A program made the translations under genes and the position numbers. This document shows, piece by piece, positions 16,968 to 26,477 of a stretch of DNA of 64,000 nt; within the stretch, counting starts at the first letter, position 1, and every line of letters begins with the position of its first letter. The notes under the pieces are model-generated. The model saw only the letters and a list, made by a program, of their open reading frames with translations, searched no databases and had not been told where the DNA came from. Origin of the DNA: Candidatus Woesearchaeota archaeon (GTDB lineage: Archaea > Nanobdellota > Nanobdellia > SCGC-AAA011-G17 > JACPIM01); contig CAYWEX010000002.1 in NCBI GenBank assembly GCA_964457785.1, forward strand, positions 15,691 to 79,690, written 5' to 3'.

Positions 16968-17651
16968 CTATTTCTTTGCTCCTTTTGATTTTTTAGCTTT
17001 AGTTTCTGTTTTAGTTTTTTTAGCTTTGGGTTTTTCTATTTTAACTTTAGGCTCTTTTTTTGCCTCTTTTTTCTCAACAACTTTTTCTTCCTTTTTTATT
17101 TCTTTTTTCTCAGGAAGAACTTTCTTTTCCTTCTTCTGCTTCTCTTTTATTTCATAACCCAATACTTTTAACTCTCTTTTTATTGTTTCAGAAGCTTCAT
17201 TCTTTTTTATCTCTAATTTTTTATCTAAAGTTTTTAAATGAAGAACGTTACATTTTCTTCTTCTTACCTGGCCATCAATTAATACAAAATTATCATCTAT
17301 TTTATCAACAACAACACATACTGAACCTGCTTCTCTTCCTGCTGTTTTTATACAAATCTGGCCTAAATCTAATGGAAGCTCTTTAAGATCTTTGAATTTT
17401 TCTATTATTTTTTCTCTTGAACAGTTTGAACATAAGTTTCCACCATAAGGTCTAGCTACTGTTTTTTGGGAATAAGGCAGGTTTCTAAAATCAGAAGGCC
17501 TTTCTCGAGGAATACCAATTAATTCTTTATGGCAATTACCGCATTTTGCTATACTTGGTTTTCTTTTTTCATAATGAGTAACTAACCTATTTCCAGGAGT
17601 ACGAACTTGAATTCTTCTTAAGCTTCTTGTTGCCTGTGGTTGTATTGCCAT
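16968..17651 (-). CDS. Fusion of ribosomal proteins eL34 (N-terminal) and eL14 (C-terminal) with a Lys-rich tail
   Basis: aa 1-~88: RSLRRIQVRTPGNRLVTHYEKRKP...CGNC...GGNLCSNC (eL34 zinc ribbon). aa ~95-165: GQICIKTAGREAGSVCVVVDKIDDNFVLIDG...RRRKCNVLHL (eL14 KOW). Single uninterrupted frame. Confidence 0.8.
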   Translation of the reverse strand: MAIQPQATRSLRRIQVRTPGNRLVTHYEKRKPSIAKCGNCHKELIGIPRERPSDFRNLPYSQKTVARPYGGNLCSNCSREKIIEKFKDLKELPLDLGQICIKTAGREAGSVCVVVDKIDDNFVLIDGQVRRRKCNVLHLKTLDKKLEIKKNEASETIKRELKVLGYEIKEKQKKEKKVLPEKKEIKKEEKVVEKKEAKKEPKVKIEKPKAKKTKTETKAKKSKGAKK

Positions 17652-17707
17652 TTTAATTCATTTTTACCTTTTCATTGCCCTTTATAAACTCTATTTTTTT
17701 TGACATT

Positions 17708-18160
17708 TTAGTGTATTTTTAATATTTTTCTTAAAGCTATGCTGAATATTATTGAAAACAATATGTAGGAACCAAGCCACCCAAGTTCAATTCCAAAAGG
17801 TAGGTTTAATAATATTTTTTCTGGTGGAAAAGTTGTTCTTAACCAACCAAATATTAATAACAATGGCAATAAAGTTACCAATGTTGCTGGCATGGAATGT
17901 TTCAAGTATTTCATACTTGTTTCCATTGACTTTTTTTGTATTTCTATTAATTTTTGAGGATCATTTTTAAACTTTTTCATTTCCTGCTTAAAGAATTCGG
18001 TTTCTTCTTTTAGGGATTTCATGACATTTTGATTGGTGAAAAATTTCATTGCCAAGTTTACAATTAATGTCAAAATAAAAGAAATTATAATAATATCCCA
18101 AGGACTACCTAAAGCTAAAATAGGTCCAAAGATAAAATTGAAGAAACTTTCTAATGCCAT
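17708..18160 (-). CDS. DUF106 / archaeal YidC-Oxa1-EMC3-like insertase
   Basis: 3-TM topology with the charged coiled hairpin KSLKEETEFFKQEMKKFKNDPQKLIEIQKK; canonical position after secY. Confidence 0.7.
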   Translation of the reverse strand: MALESFFNFIFGPILALGSPWDIIIISFILTLIVNLAMKFFTNQNVMKSLKEETEFFKQEMKKFKNDPQKLIEIQKKSMETSMKYLKHSMPATLVTLLPLLLIFGWLRTTFPPEKILLNLPFGIELGWLGSYILFSIIFSIALRKILKIH

Positions 18161-18165
18161 TTTAT

Positions 18166-19560
18166 TTATTCTATCATTTTCCTTAGAGCTGGATTCATGT
18201 CTGCCATGTGCTGCTTTGTAATATCTTCATATAGTCTATATATAATCATTACTGTAAGAAGAATTCCAGTACCGCTTGATAAGGCGCCAAGCAAGTCAGC
18301 TACTGAAGCTAAAACACCAACTACTATGGCTCCCATTACTGTTAATGGAGAGATATATCTTTCCAGCAATCTTTCAATAACCCTGGGATCACGTCTAAAT
18401 CCAGGAACTTGTAAACCCGAACTAATTATTTGTTTTGCCTGGGATGAAGCATCCATTCCAGATGTTTGAACCCAAAAAACTGAAAATATGATTGAACCGA
18501 CTACAAAAGCCAAAACATAAACCAAAGATTTAAGCAACAGTATTGGGGCGAAACTTCCACCAAGGATTTCAGCTGGCAAATTAGGAGCAAATAACCAAGC
18601 AACTAAACCAGAAGTTGGAACATTTCCTGCAAAAGTCCCTAAAATAGGACGGCCCCAGCTTTCTAATAATCTTGCCCATAACTGAATATTTGCAAATAAA
18701 GCTGCAATTAAAATTACTGGAATATTTGAGGTGTAAATAAATTTCAAAGGCCATCTTATACCATGACCCCTTATTCTTCCAAAACTTAATGGAATTTCAA
18801 CTTTCATTGATTGTGCGTAAACAGCAACTACAAAGATTAAAACTGTAAAGAAAATTAATGCTGCTGCTAAAAATGCTTCTCTTGGATTTCTTCCAATTAA
18901 TGACAAGAAAAATACCCACAACTGACCTACAGGACTTTCTCCTGAACTAAATGCAAGTGTTCCTGCTCTTGTTAATGGAGAAAATATTCTTATAAAAATC
19001 TGCGATGAAACTCCAGCAGCTATAAACAATGATATACCAGAACCAAAACCCCATTTATTCAATACTTCGTCCATGAACATAACTATAACACCACCAATAA
19101 ATAATTGTATAATTAAAAATATTTGAATCAAGAGGAAACTTTGCTGATCTGGTGCAGGTGCAAGTCCACCGAGATAAACATATACAATTGCTTCAAAAAT
19201 TATGAAAAATATTGCTGCTATTTTCTGAACTCCCTGAAATTTCATTCTTCCTTCTTTTGTTGTTGTGTCAAATTTTATTATTTCAGAACCTACCAACAAC
19301 TGAAGAACTATAGAAGCAGTTACTATAGGACCAATACCTAAAGACAAGATACTGCCAAAACTAGCTCCCAATAATATAGACAAGGATTCAAATTGAGACA
19401 GAGCATTTTGCCCCAAGCCATATAAAGGAACTATGCTTAAAATAAAAAAAGCTGATAAAATAATCAAAGTCCATTTTAGTTTTATATTAAAAGCCAGATA
19501 TTTTTCTTCTGGCCCCTTTACTTCCGGCAGTTTATGAATTATATTCTCGAGAATACTCAT
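18166..19560 (-). CDS. secY: Preprotein translocase subunit SecY
   Basis: 10-TM SecY with a typical archaeal N-terminus (LPEVKGPEEK...) and operon position after uL15. Confidence 0.95.
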   Translation of the reverse strand: MSILENIIHKLPEVKGPEEKYLAFNIKLKWTLIILSAFFILSIVPLYGLGQNALSQFESLSILLGASFGSILSLGIGPIVTASIVLQLLVGSEIIKFDTTTKEGRMKFQGVQKIAAIFFIIFEAIVYVYLGGLAPAPDQQSFLLIQIFLIIQLFIGGVIVMFMDEVLNKWGFGSGISLFIAAGVSSQIFIRIFSPLTRAGTLAFSSGESPVGQLWVFFLSLIGRNPREAFLAAALIFFTVLIFVVAVYAQSMKVEIPLSFGRIRGHGIRWPLKFIYTSNIPVILIAALFANIQLWARLLESWGRPILGTFAGNVPTSGLVAWLFAPNLPAEILGGSFAPILLLKSLVYVLAFVVGSIIFSVFWVQTSGMDASSQAKQIISSGLQVPGFRRDPRVIERLLERYISPLTVMGAIVVGVLASVADLLGALSSGTGILLTVMIIYRLYEDITKQHMADMNPALRKMIE

Positions 19561-19561
19561 T

Positions 19562-19972
19562 TTACTTTTCTAAAATTTGTCCACCTATTTTTTCTATTTT
19601 TTCTTTTGCATTTCCTGAAAAGCTTTCAACAATAATTGTAACTTTTCTAGTTATATTTCCTTTGCCTAATAATTTATTATAGCCAAGATCTGTTAAATTT
19701 ATTTTATCTTCCTTGAATTTATTTAAATCTTCAACATTTATTGTTTTTACTTCTGATAATAATTTTTGAGGTCTTCTAAAACCCAATTTACCAAAGTAAG
19801 CATGGCCAAATTGCTTCAAGATCATTGTTTTTCTATGATCAGATCTTTTACCAGTACCAGACATTCCATGACCACCACGATTACCTGCTTTTCTGTGTTT
19901 TTTCTTACTACCCCAGCCATAAGTATAACTTCCTTTCTGTCTTGAATTTTTCTTTCTTTTATTTACCGGCAT
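19562..19972 (-). CDS. rpl15: Ribosomal protein uL15
   Basis: YGWGSKKKHRKAGNRGGHGMSGTGK motif; operon position. Confidence 0.9.
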   Translation of the reverse strand: MPVNKRKKNSRQKGSYTYGWGSKKKHRKAGNRGGHGMSGTGKRSDHRKTMILKQFGHAYFGKLGFRRPQKLLSEVKTINVEDLNKFKEDKINLTDLGYNKLLGKGNITRKVTIIVESFSGNAKEKIEKIGGQILEK

Positions 19973-19973
19973 A

Positions 19974-20001
19974 TGATCTTTTTGTGAAAAAGCTCAACCA
20001 A
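19974..20001 (-). repeat. Stem-loop element copy (UUGGU-UGAGCUUUUU-CAC-AAAAAGAUCA), 1 nt upstream of the uL15 ATG
   Basis: Stem retained after loss of one nucleotide from each arm; G.A mismatch. Confidence 0.55.
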
Positions 20002-20023
20002 AAACGTTAAACTTTTCATCCTC

Positions 20024-20503
20024 CTATAACATCCTCTGGATTAATTCATTTATTTTTTCTTTTCTATAACCTAATGAGCCACCTAATGAATATGGTTTTT
20101 TTGTGCCTTCTTTTTCAAAACCGCCTCTTGGAGGACACAGTTTAAAAAAATTTTTAAGACCAGGAATATCCTTGAAATCTTTTTTTGAATTTATGAATTG
20201 TTCTGAAAAGTCTTCTAATGACAGCTTTACTTTTTCTTTAAGATAATTTTCTGAGAATTTCTCTTTTTTAGTTATCTTTCCTCTTTTTGACAATAATAAT
20301 TTAAAAGTATCTTTATTGATTTCCCCCCATGTAACAAAATCATTTATTTTTTTGACCATGCCAGCATAATTTTGTGAAGAAGGAACAACTATACAAGTAT
20401 ATTTATTATATAATCTTAGAAATTTAAAAGTATCTCGAATATCTTTTTTAACACCAACATTTCCACACATTCTTATGATTGCTAACTTTTTACTATTTTC
20501 CAT
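20024..20503 (-). CDS. rpl30: Ribosomal protein uL30
   Basis: LAIIRMCGNVGVKKDIRDTFKFLRL...; position between S5 and L15. Confidence 0.85.
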   Translation of the reverse strand: MENSKKLAIIRMCGNVGVKKDIRDTFKFLRLYNKYTCIVVPSSQNYAGMVKKINDFVTWGEINKDTFKLLLSKRGKITKKEKFSENYLKEKVKLSLEDFSEQFINSKKDFKDIPGLKNFFKLCPPRGGFEKEGTKKPYSLGGSLGYRKEKINELIQRML

Positions 20504-20505
20504 TT

Positions 20506-21303
20506 TTAGGATATAACCTCTGGAATTGGCTCTCTTCTATTGCTGAATGTTTTTGTTGAGCTTAATTTTTTCAAGGCTTCAAAACATGCTGTGATTAAAT
20601 TTAATTTTGTTCTTGACTGGCCGAAAGTTCTTGAATAAATATCTTTAATTCCTGCAAAAGCCAACATTTTTGCGCATTCTTTTTCAACACACAAGCCAGT
20701 TCCTTTTGGTGCTGGGAATAATTCAATTTCAACTGACCCGCATTTTGACTTAACTGCAAATGGAATTGAATGAGTGCCTTTGCAATTACATTCCCATGAA
20801 CCGCAGCCAGTTTTTATTTTAATCATATTTAATTTTGCTTTTCTTACTGACTTTTCCCTTGCTGGAACTGTTTCTTTTGCTTTACCATAACCATAACCAA
20901 CATAACAATCTTTGTTACCTATTATAGCTAAGGCTGAAAATTTTGGCTTGTTACCTTCTGCTGTTTTTTTCTGAGTTTGCCTCCAAATAGATCTTTTACC
21001 ACCACCAAACTTTCCTTTGCTTTGGCCTACTAGAATAAAATCAGTTTCTAAATTAGGAATTAATAAATCAACAATATTAGCTTCAAGAATTCTCAATCCT
21101 TTTCCTAAAATTTCATCAATATCAGTAATTTTTCTTTCATTTACAAGCTTACCTAAATGTGTTTTAGGTTTCCAGTCACTTAGCTCTTCTCTTATAACTA
21201 CACCAGCAGGCAATTCTGCCTCTACTCCCTCTGTCAAAGCTGCAGCTATTTCAGTGCTTTCAAGCTTGCTTTCTTCTTGTTCTGGTAATTTTTTCTTTTC
21301 CAT
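20506..21303 (-). CDS. rps5: Ribosomal protein uS5
   Basis: dsRBD plus S5 C-terminal domain (FILVGQSKGKFGGGKR...IIGNKDCYVGYGYGKAKE). ATG at 21303 preferred over the GTG at 21330, which reads through the element. Confidence 0.9.
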   Translation of the reverse strand: MEKKKLPEQEESKLESTEIAAALTEGVEAELPAGVVIREELSDWKPKTHLGKLVNERKITDIDEILGKGLRILEANIVDLLIPNLETDFILVGQSKGKFGGGKRSIWRQTQKKTAEGNKPKFSALAIIGNKDCYVGYGYGKAKETVPAREKSVRKAKLNMIKIKTGCGSWECNCKGTHSIPFAVKSKCGSVEIELFPAPKGTGLCVEKECAKMLAFAGIKDIYSRTFGQSRTKLNLITACFEALKKLSSTKTFSNRREPIPEVIS

Positions 21304-21305
21304 TG

Positions 21306-21328
21306 GAACCCTTTTAACAAAAGCGTTC
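21306..21328 (-). repeat. Stem-loop element copy (GAACGCUUUU-GUU-AAAAGGGUUC), 2 nt upstream of the uS5 ATG
   Basis: An extra C-G pair is inserted symmetrically in both arms; G.G mismatch retained. A second small hairpin CACGGAAAACCGTG lies at 21328..21341. Confidence 0.55.
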
Positions 21329-21345
21329 ACGGAAAACCGTGGCTT

Positions 21346-21858
21346 TTATTTTATTATTTTTGCTTTAATTTCATTTATATGTTTTCCTAAATCAGGCACT
21401 TTGTACTGCTTGTTTAGTTTTTGATAGTGATTTGTAATATGCTTGCCTTCTAACCTGTCTTGGGAAGGAAGCACTTCTTTATTATGAGGAATATCAAGGC
21501 CAGCATCCAAAGATCCTTTTAATACTGCATATAATCTTGAGCCTTTTACATTTCTGTAAAGACCTGTATCTAAAATTACTTTTTTAATTCCCTTAGCTAA
21601 AGCTTTTTTACCAACTAACAAGCCAAGCAAATAAGCTGCTGGAATATTTTTTTTAGATGATTTTAAACTGAATTTCTTTTCTAATTCTTTTGTTGATGCT
21701 GACAATAATATTTTATCCCCATTATCGTGATATTCTACTACCTGAGCTATGGTATTTTTCAAAGATTTTCTAACTACTAATCTTGGCAATCTAGATTGGA
21801 CTAGACTTAACCTTTTTCTATAATCAGTACGACCCAGTAACTTTCTTTTGTATTGCAT
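21346..21858 (-). CDS. rpl18: Ribosomal protein uL18
   Basis: GRTDYRKRLSLVQSRLPRLVVRKSLKN motif; operon position. Confidence 0.9.
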   Translation of the reverse strand: MQYKRKLLGRTDYRKRLSLVQSRLPRLVVRKSLKNTIAQVVEYHDNGDKILLSASTKELEKKFSLKSSKKNIPAAYLLGLLVGKKALAKGIKKVILDTGLYRNVKGSRLYAVLKGSLDAGLDIPHNKEVLPSQDRLEGKHITNHYQKLNKQYKVPDLGKHINEIKAKIIK

Positions 21859-21859
21859 T

Positions 21860-22315
21860 TTATTTTCTCTTTACAAATAAGTTATTTTCATCTAAATATA
21901 GTTTCAAGTGTCTTTTACTTCTAAACTGGTTGCCTTTTATCATTCTGTAAATTTTAGTGTAAGTTTCTCGTGCAACCAAATCTTTTAATCTTAAGCTTTT
22001 AATAAATTTTCTCTGGACTCTTACTTTTGTGATCCAAGCTCTTTTTCTTGGTGTTCTTGCTGTTTTTGTTCCTTTTCTTGAACCGGGACCTTTTCTTTTA
22101 CCTTTTCTCTTTTGAGCTCTTAATTTATTTGCCCTGAAAGATGAAATTCCATGTTTTTGTTTTGCTTTTATTGCACCATCATTTATTAACTTCCTGATAT
22201 CTGCTTTTGTGATAGCTTCTTTTATTTCATTTAATCTTGTATTGTCAAACCAAACTCTATTTTGACCTGATTTCAAGATGTCTGCGGATATTCTTTTCTG
22301 AACATTTAATTTCAT
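21860..22315 (-). CDS. rpl19e: Ribosomal protein eL19
   Basis: NVQKRISADILKSGQNRVWFD...RKGKRKGPGSRKGTKTAR. Confidence 0.9.
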   Translation of the reverse strand: MKLNVQKRISADILKSGQNRVWFDNTRLNEIKEAITKADIRKLINDGAIKAKQKHGISSFRANKLRAQKRKGKRKGPGSRKGTKTARTPRKRAWITKVRVQRKFIKSLRLKDLVARETYTKIYRMIKGNQFRSKRHLKLYLDENNLFVKRK

Positions 22316-22764
22316 TGCTTTCCTCTTAATGCTGATTCAACTTTTCTTGTTATTTGTGATAGTTCATATAATGTTAATTCTCTTTGATGATCAGCAGGAC
22401 CAAATGTTGAATCTATTTTCTTTTCTATATCATCAAATTCTACTTCTATAGCTGCTTCTAATCTTCTCTTTGGTTTTAGATTGGAAACTATTCTAATTTT
22501 TTCTACTTGTGTTTGCTTTGATCTAGTATTTTGATAATCTTCAGCAATAATTTTTGCTACATAATTAAATACTAAGTCATGAGGGAGTAATGTTCCATCT
22601 TTTTTAGAAAACATAAATGCAACTGGAAATTTTAAAGGCTTTTTTCCTTTATCTCTAAAAACGCTATAACGTATATATAGGCCTACATTGTCTGCTATTG
22701 ATCCACAAGACTCCATAGCTGAAACATCATAAGTAAATGTTTTTGTTCTTAATTTTGTTGTCAT
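22312..22764 (-). CDS. Uncharacterised 150-aa protein inserted between eL32 and eL19
   Basis: Intact ORF with ATGA stop/start overlaps on both flanks (22761-22764 and 22312-22315); no known motif. Confidence 0.6.
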   Translation of the reverse strand: MTTKLRTKTFTYDVSAMESCGSIADNVGLYIRYSVFRDKGKKPLKFPVAFMFSKKDGTLLPHDLVFNYVAKIIAEDYQNTRSKQTQVEKIRIVSNLKPKRRLEAAIEVEFDDIEKKIDSTFGPADHQRELTLYELSQITRKVESALRGKQ

Positions 22765-23333
22765 AATCCTGCCTCTAGTACTTTTCTTTTTTCTTCTTGT
22801 TCTCTTTTTTTCTTTTCTTCGTCTGTTTCTTCCTTTTCTTCCTTCTTTGATTTTTCTTCTTTTTTCTCTGGCTTCTTTTCTTTTAGTCTTATTCTTTCTT
22901 TCTTTTCCTTTACTCTTTTTTCAAATTCCTGAGTTAAAGTTTTGATTTTTTCATCAATATTTTTTATATTCTGGATTTTGAAGCTTTTTTCTTTTATTTT
23001 CTTTAATATTTCAATTCTTTTCTTGTTTCCAACTGTTCTTCCAATAATTATAATATTATTTTTAGCTACTTTTGCCAAATCATTTAAAGTATGAATTAAA
23101 ATTGGAACTAAACCTTCTCTGCTTAAACCACGAACTAATCTTGGAGATTTATATCCAACACTAGGCTGCTTTCTCTTGCCAAGCTTCTTTTTTCTCATCT
23201 TGGAATGAATTCCTTTTGGTTTTCTCCAAGTTTTCTCCAATCTTTTTCTGGCAGGATACTCTTGCCTGATAAATTCTGGCTTATTATCCTTAATTTTTTC
23301 TCTTAATTCCAATAATTGCTGAAATGTTTTCAT
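22761..23333 (-). CDS. rpl32e: Ribosomal protein eL32 with a K/E-rich C-terminal extension
   Basis: WRKPKGIHSKMRKKKLGKRKQPSVGYKSPRLVRGL core. Confidence 0.85.
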   Translation of the reverse strand: MKTFQQLLELREKIKDNKPEFIRQEYPARKRLEKTWRKPKGIHSKMRKKKLGKRKQPSVGYKSPRLVRGLSREGLVPILIHTLNDLAKVAKNNIIIIGRTVGNKKRIEILKKIKEKSFKIQNIKNIDEKIKTLTQEFEKRVKEKKERIRLKEKKPEKKEEKSKKEEKEETDEEKKKREQEEKRKVLEAGL

Positions 23334-23896
23334 TTTACAGGTTCTCCTGCTTTCTCTATTATAAATACGCCATCTTGGAATACTCTCCTATCTTTATTAG
23401 GAATCTTTGTTGCCATTTCTATATTTGCACTAACTTGGCCTGCTTTTTCCTTGTCAACACTTTCAACAACAATTATATCACCATTGACTTTAACATCTAC
23501 ATTTTCGAGAATATTAGCTATTCTTGCAACTTTTTCACCCAAGAAGTTTTTTATTATTACTTTGTTTTTTTCCACAACAACATTCATAGGAAAATGACCA
23601 GAACAAACTTTTAATTTATATACATAATTTTCCTTTGCGCCCTTTACCATATTATGAAAATGCGAGATTGAGGAATTTAAAAAATCCTTTGACTTTCTTC
23701 CAACACCATGAACAGTGAAATGCAAAGTATTATTTTCTTTTTTCAATTCAGTTTTTAAGAATGTAAAATTTTTATGAACTTCTCCTTTTTGGCCCTTTAT
23801 TTTTAACAGATTTTTATCTAATGAAACCTCTATTCCTTCTGGAATTTCAATTTTTTCTGATAAAACTTTAGCTTTCATTTCAGTAAAAATAAGCAA
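23330..23896 (-). CDS. rpl6: Ribosomal protein uL6
   Basis: IEIPEGIEVSLDKNLLKIKGQKGEV...; two-domain L6; operon position. Confidence 0.9.
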   Translation of the reverse strand: MLIFTEMKAKVLSEKIEIPEGIEVSLDKNLLKIKGQKGEVHKNFTFLKTELKKENNTLHFTVHGVGRKSKDFLNSSISHFHNMVKGAKENYVYKLKVCSGHFPMNVVVEKNKVIIKNFLGEKVARIANILENVDVKVNGDIIVVESVDKEKAGQVSANIEMATKIPNKDRRVFQDGVFIIEKAGEPVK

Positions 23897-24272
23897 ATAA
23901 CCTTCCGCCTAATTTTTTCTCCTTAGCCTCAATATGAGTCATTACACCCTTGGATGTAGAAACAATCAAAAAACCAAAATCTTTAGCAGGAAGATATCTT
24001 TTTTCGAATTTTTCATAATCTGTTTTTTTAATATTATATCTTGGTTTTATAGTACCGCACTTGTTTATGTTGCCTAATAAATGAATTTTAGCAGCACCAC
24101 CTTTAATGTTTTCTGTTAATTCTACATTTCCCAAGTAACTGTTGTTTTTCATGATTTCAAGAACAACTTTTATTGTTTTTGAAATAGGTTTGATTAAACA
24201 AAACTGTTTTCCAATTTTTTCTGCGTTCAATATATTTGACAGCGCAGTTGATAATGTATCGTTCATTGACAT
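23880..24272 (-). CDS. rps8: Ribosomal protein uS8
   Basis: NDTLSTALSNILNAEKIGK...GFLIVSTSKGVMTH. Confidence 0.9.
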   Translation of the reverse strand: MSMNDTLSTALSNILNAEKIGKQFCLIKPISKTIKVVLEIMKNNSYLGNVELTENIKGGAAKIHLLGNINKCGTIKPRYNIKKTDYEKFEKRYLPAKDFGFLIVSTSKGVMTHIEAKEKKLGGRLFAYFY

Positions 24273-24273
24273 T

Positions 24274-24504
24274 TTAGTTGTATTTTTTAAATCCTATATC
24301 ACGAGCTATTTCTCTGAAGCATTGTCTGCATAAATTTAATCCATATTTGCTTATATGCGCTCCAGTTCTTCCACATCTCCTGCATTTATGATGCAATTCC
24401 CCGACACTTCTTTTTTTGGGAGCATTATGTTTTATGAACTTCTTTAATTTCACTGGCTTGTTTTTCAATTGCTTAAATACTTTTTTGTAATTGCTTGTTG
24501 TCAT
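24274..24504 (-). CDS. rps14: Ribosomal protein uS14 (zinc-binding type)
   Basis: [25 protein letters not shown]. Confidence 0.9.
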   Translation of the reverse strand: MTTSNYKKVFKQLKNKPVKLKKFIKHNAPKKRSVGELHHKCRRCGRTGAHISKYGLNLCRQCFREIARDIGFKKYN

Positions 24505-25010
24505 TGCGCTACCTCTAAAGCGAATTTCTTATTTATGAATTCAATTGCTTCTTGTTTTGTTATTTTGTGGTTTGGCGGGATTTTTCTTTTCATTACTGCT
24601 CTTTTTCTAATTCTGAAACCAGGCCTTTCCAATGTTACTGAAATATCAAAGCCAATAATTCCAATAGAAGGATCATATTGTATGCCTTGAATTTCAAGAT
24701 ATTCTGAAACTCCAAATGAAAAATTACCTTGATTATCAAATTTTAATGTATTAACATTTTCTTGGTAAGCTTTTAATATTCTTCCAAGCAATTCCTCAGC
24801 TTTTTTTCCTCTTACTGTAACTTTACAACCAATCTGCAAACCTGGCCTAATGTCCCAAGTTGGAATTCTTTTTTGAGTTGTAGTTGGAACTGCTTTCATA
24901 TTTGTAATTTTATTTAATAATTTCATACCTTTTTCCAGTCTTTCACCTGGACCACCTGTGCCTATATTTAAGGTGATCTTCGCTATCCGAATTTCTTTCA
25001 TTGGGTTCAT
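24501..25010 (-). CDS. rpl5: Ribosomal protein uL5
   Basis: [22 protein letters not shown]...; operon position. Confidence 0.9.
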   Translation of the reverse strand: MNPMKEIRIAKITLNIGTGGPGERLEKGMKLLNKITNMKAVPTTTQKRIPTWDIRPGLQIGCKVTVRGKKAEELLGRILKAYQENVNTLKFDNQGNFSFGVSEYLEIQGIQYDPSIGIIGFDISVTLERPGFRIRKRAVMKRKIPPNHKITKQEAIEFINKKFALEVAQ

Positions 25011-25678
25011 TTTTCAATCACATATGAATAATCTGCTAGTGTTTCATGCATTTTGTTATCTATTTTGAATACAATAATATCTTTTGAAAATCCCGGTGCT
25101 TTCTTGATGTCAACTAAAATTCCCTTGTTTCCTACATGAGAGCCCCCAGTTAAATAAACTAAAGCATTTTTTTCAAATTTTAAGTGCTTTACAATTTTAT
25201 TGTCTTTCAAAATAACAGAATCACGAACTTTGTAACTATCCTTGTCTATCAGCATATTTTCACCATTATAGAAATTTAATTGTGTTTTCTTTTTCTTTAG
25301 AATTGTTTTTCCAATTATCTTGCAAATTTTATAATGACTTTCTTCTTTAGTTGCTTCCTGCAAAGTTAATTTTCCTTTATGAGTGTAACTTATTTTGTAA
25401 TTTTTGTTTAATTCTGGAATTGACAAAATATCAAAAACTCCAACTGGGAAATCAAATTCTTTTCTTGGCTTGTTGTTAACAAGAACTTTTTTGTTATTTA
25501 ATATAATTTTAATTTCCCTTTTGTCTTTACCCAAATCTAATATTTCCCTGAGTATAACTCCCAAAGGCATACTTTCTTCTAATCTATGAGGACCTGGTGA
25601 GGGCTTTGTAATGAAAGTTGTTGTCTTTCTTTCAACAGGCCATGTACTTGGTGCATTAATTCTTTTTAAGTGCGTCAT
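25007..25678 (-). CDS. rps4e: Ribosomal protein eS4
   Basis: MTHLKRINAPSTWPVERKTTTFITKPSPGPH. Confidence 0.9.
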   Translation of the reverse strand: MTHLKRINAPSTWPVERKTTTFITKPSPGPHRLEESMPLGVILREILDLGKDKREIKIILNNKKVLVNNKPRKEFDFPVGVFDILSIPELNKNYKISYTHKGKLTLQEATKEESHYKICKIIGKTILKKKKTQLNFYNGENMLIDKDSYKVRDSVILKDNKIVKHLKFEKNALVYLTGGSHVGNKGILVDIKKAPGFSKDIIVFKIDNKMHETLADYSYVIEK

Positions 25679-26073
25679 TTTTTGACTCCAATAATATTTC
25701 TTTCAATTGCTTTTTTCCTTTCTTTATCTTCTAAATTTAATTCTTTGATCATAACATTGGAAGGGTGGATCGGGTAAAATGCTTTTGTGCCATCTTTCTT
25801 AACCATTTCAGCTCCATCAACAAAAATCCTTAATTTTTTAAGATTTACTTTGTTAATGTTTCCTAATTTTCCTTTGAACTGACCACGCATTATTACTACC
25901 TTATCTCCTTTTTTTACTGAAATATTTCTTCTTTTGTATTTTTTAATTAATTCTTCTGACAAATGCGAGGACATTAAATTTTCTTTTATATTTAACGGAG
26001 CATTGGCTATGTATTTTCTCTGCTTTCTGGGCTGAGTACTTGCAATCCATTTTTTTGAAAATTTATTTTTCAT
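25675..26073 (-). CDS. rpl24: Ribosomal protein uL24
   Basis: KOW motif VKKGDKVVIMRGQFKGKLG; operon position. Confidence 0.9.
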   Translation of the reverse strand: MKNKFSKKWIASTQPRKQRKYIANAPLNIKENLMSSHLSEELIKKYKRRNISVKKGDKVVIMRGQFKGKLGNINKVNLKKLRIFVDGAEMVKKDGTKAFYPIHPSNVMIKELNLEDKERKKAIERNIIGVKK

Positions 26074-26075
26074 TT

Positions 26076-26477
26076 TTATACAACTATGCTAGCAACCTTT
26101 GCTACTGGCGGCCATCTCTCACATACCTCCTTAGCAATTGGTCCTTTGAACATTGTTCCTTTTGGATTTCCTTTTTCATCTTTTAATATAATTACGGCAT
26201 TGTCTGCAAATTTTATTCTTGTTCCATCTTTTCTTCTGTATTCTTTTTTCTGCCTTACAACGATGGCTGGAACAACCTGTTTTCTCATTTCAGTTTCTCC
26301 TTTTTGAACAGCAACCCATATTAAATCTGCAACTCCGCAGGATGGTTTTCTTCTCCTTACTGTTTTTGAACCTTTAACTGATACAATCCTGACTACTTTT
26401 GCTCCTGAATTATCACAGGTTTCTACTACAGAGCCATGATTAAGGCATTTTGTTATTCTTGCTTTAAGCGCTTTCAT
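26076..26477 (-). CDS. rpl14: Ribosomal protein uL14
   Basis: VVETCDNSGAKVVRIVSVKG... Confidence 0.95.
   Translation of the reverse strand: MKALKARITKCLNHGSVVETCDNSGAKVVRIVSVKGSKTVRRRKPSCGVADLIWVAVQKGETEMRKQVVPAIVVRQKKEYRRKDGTRIKFADNAVIILKDEKGNPKGTMFKGPIAKEVCERWPPVAKVASIVV

Noticed and set aside
21304-21330. N-terminal extension of uS5 from a GTG start (MNAFVKRVP...)
   Set aside because: Same artefact: the extension reads through the stem-loop element copy. The ATG at 21303 is the plausible start.
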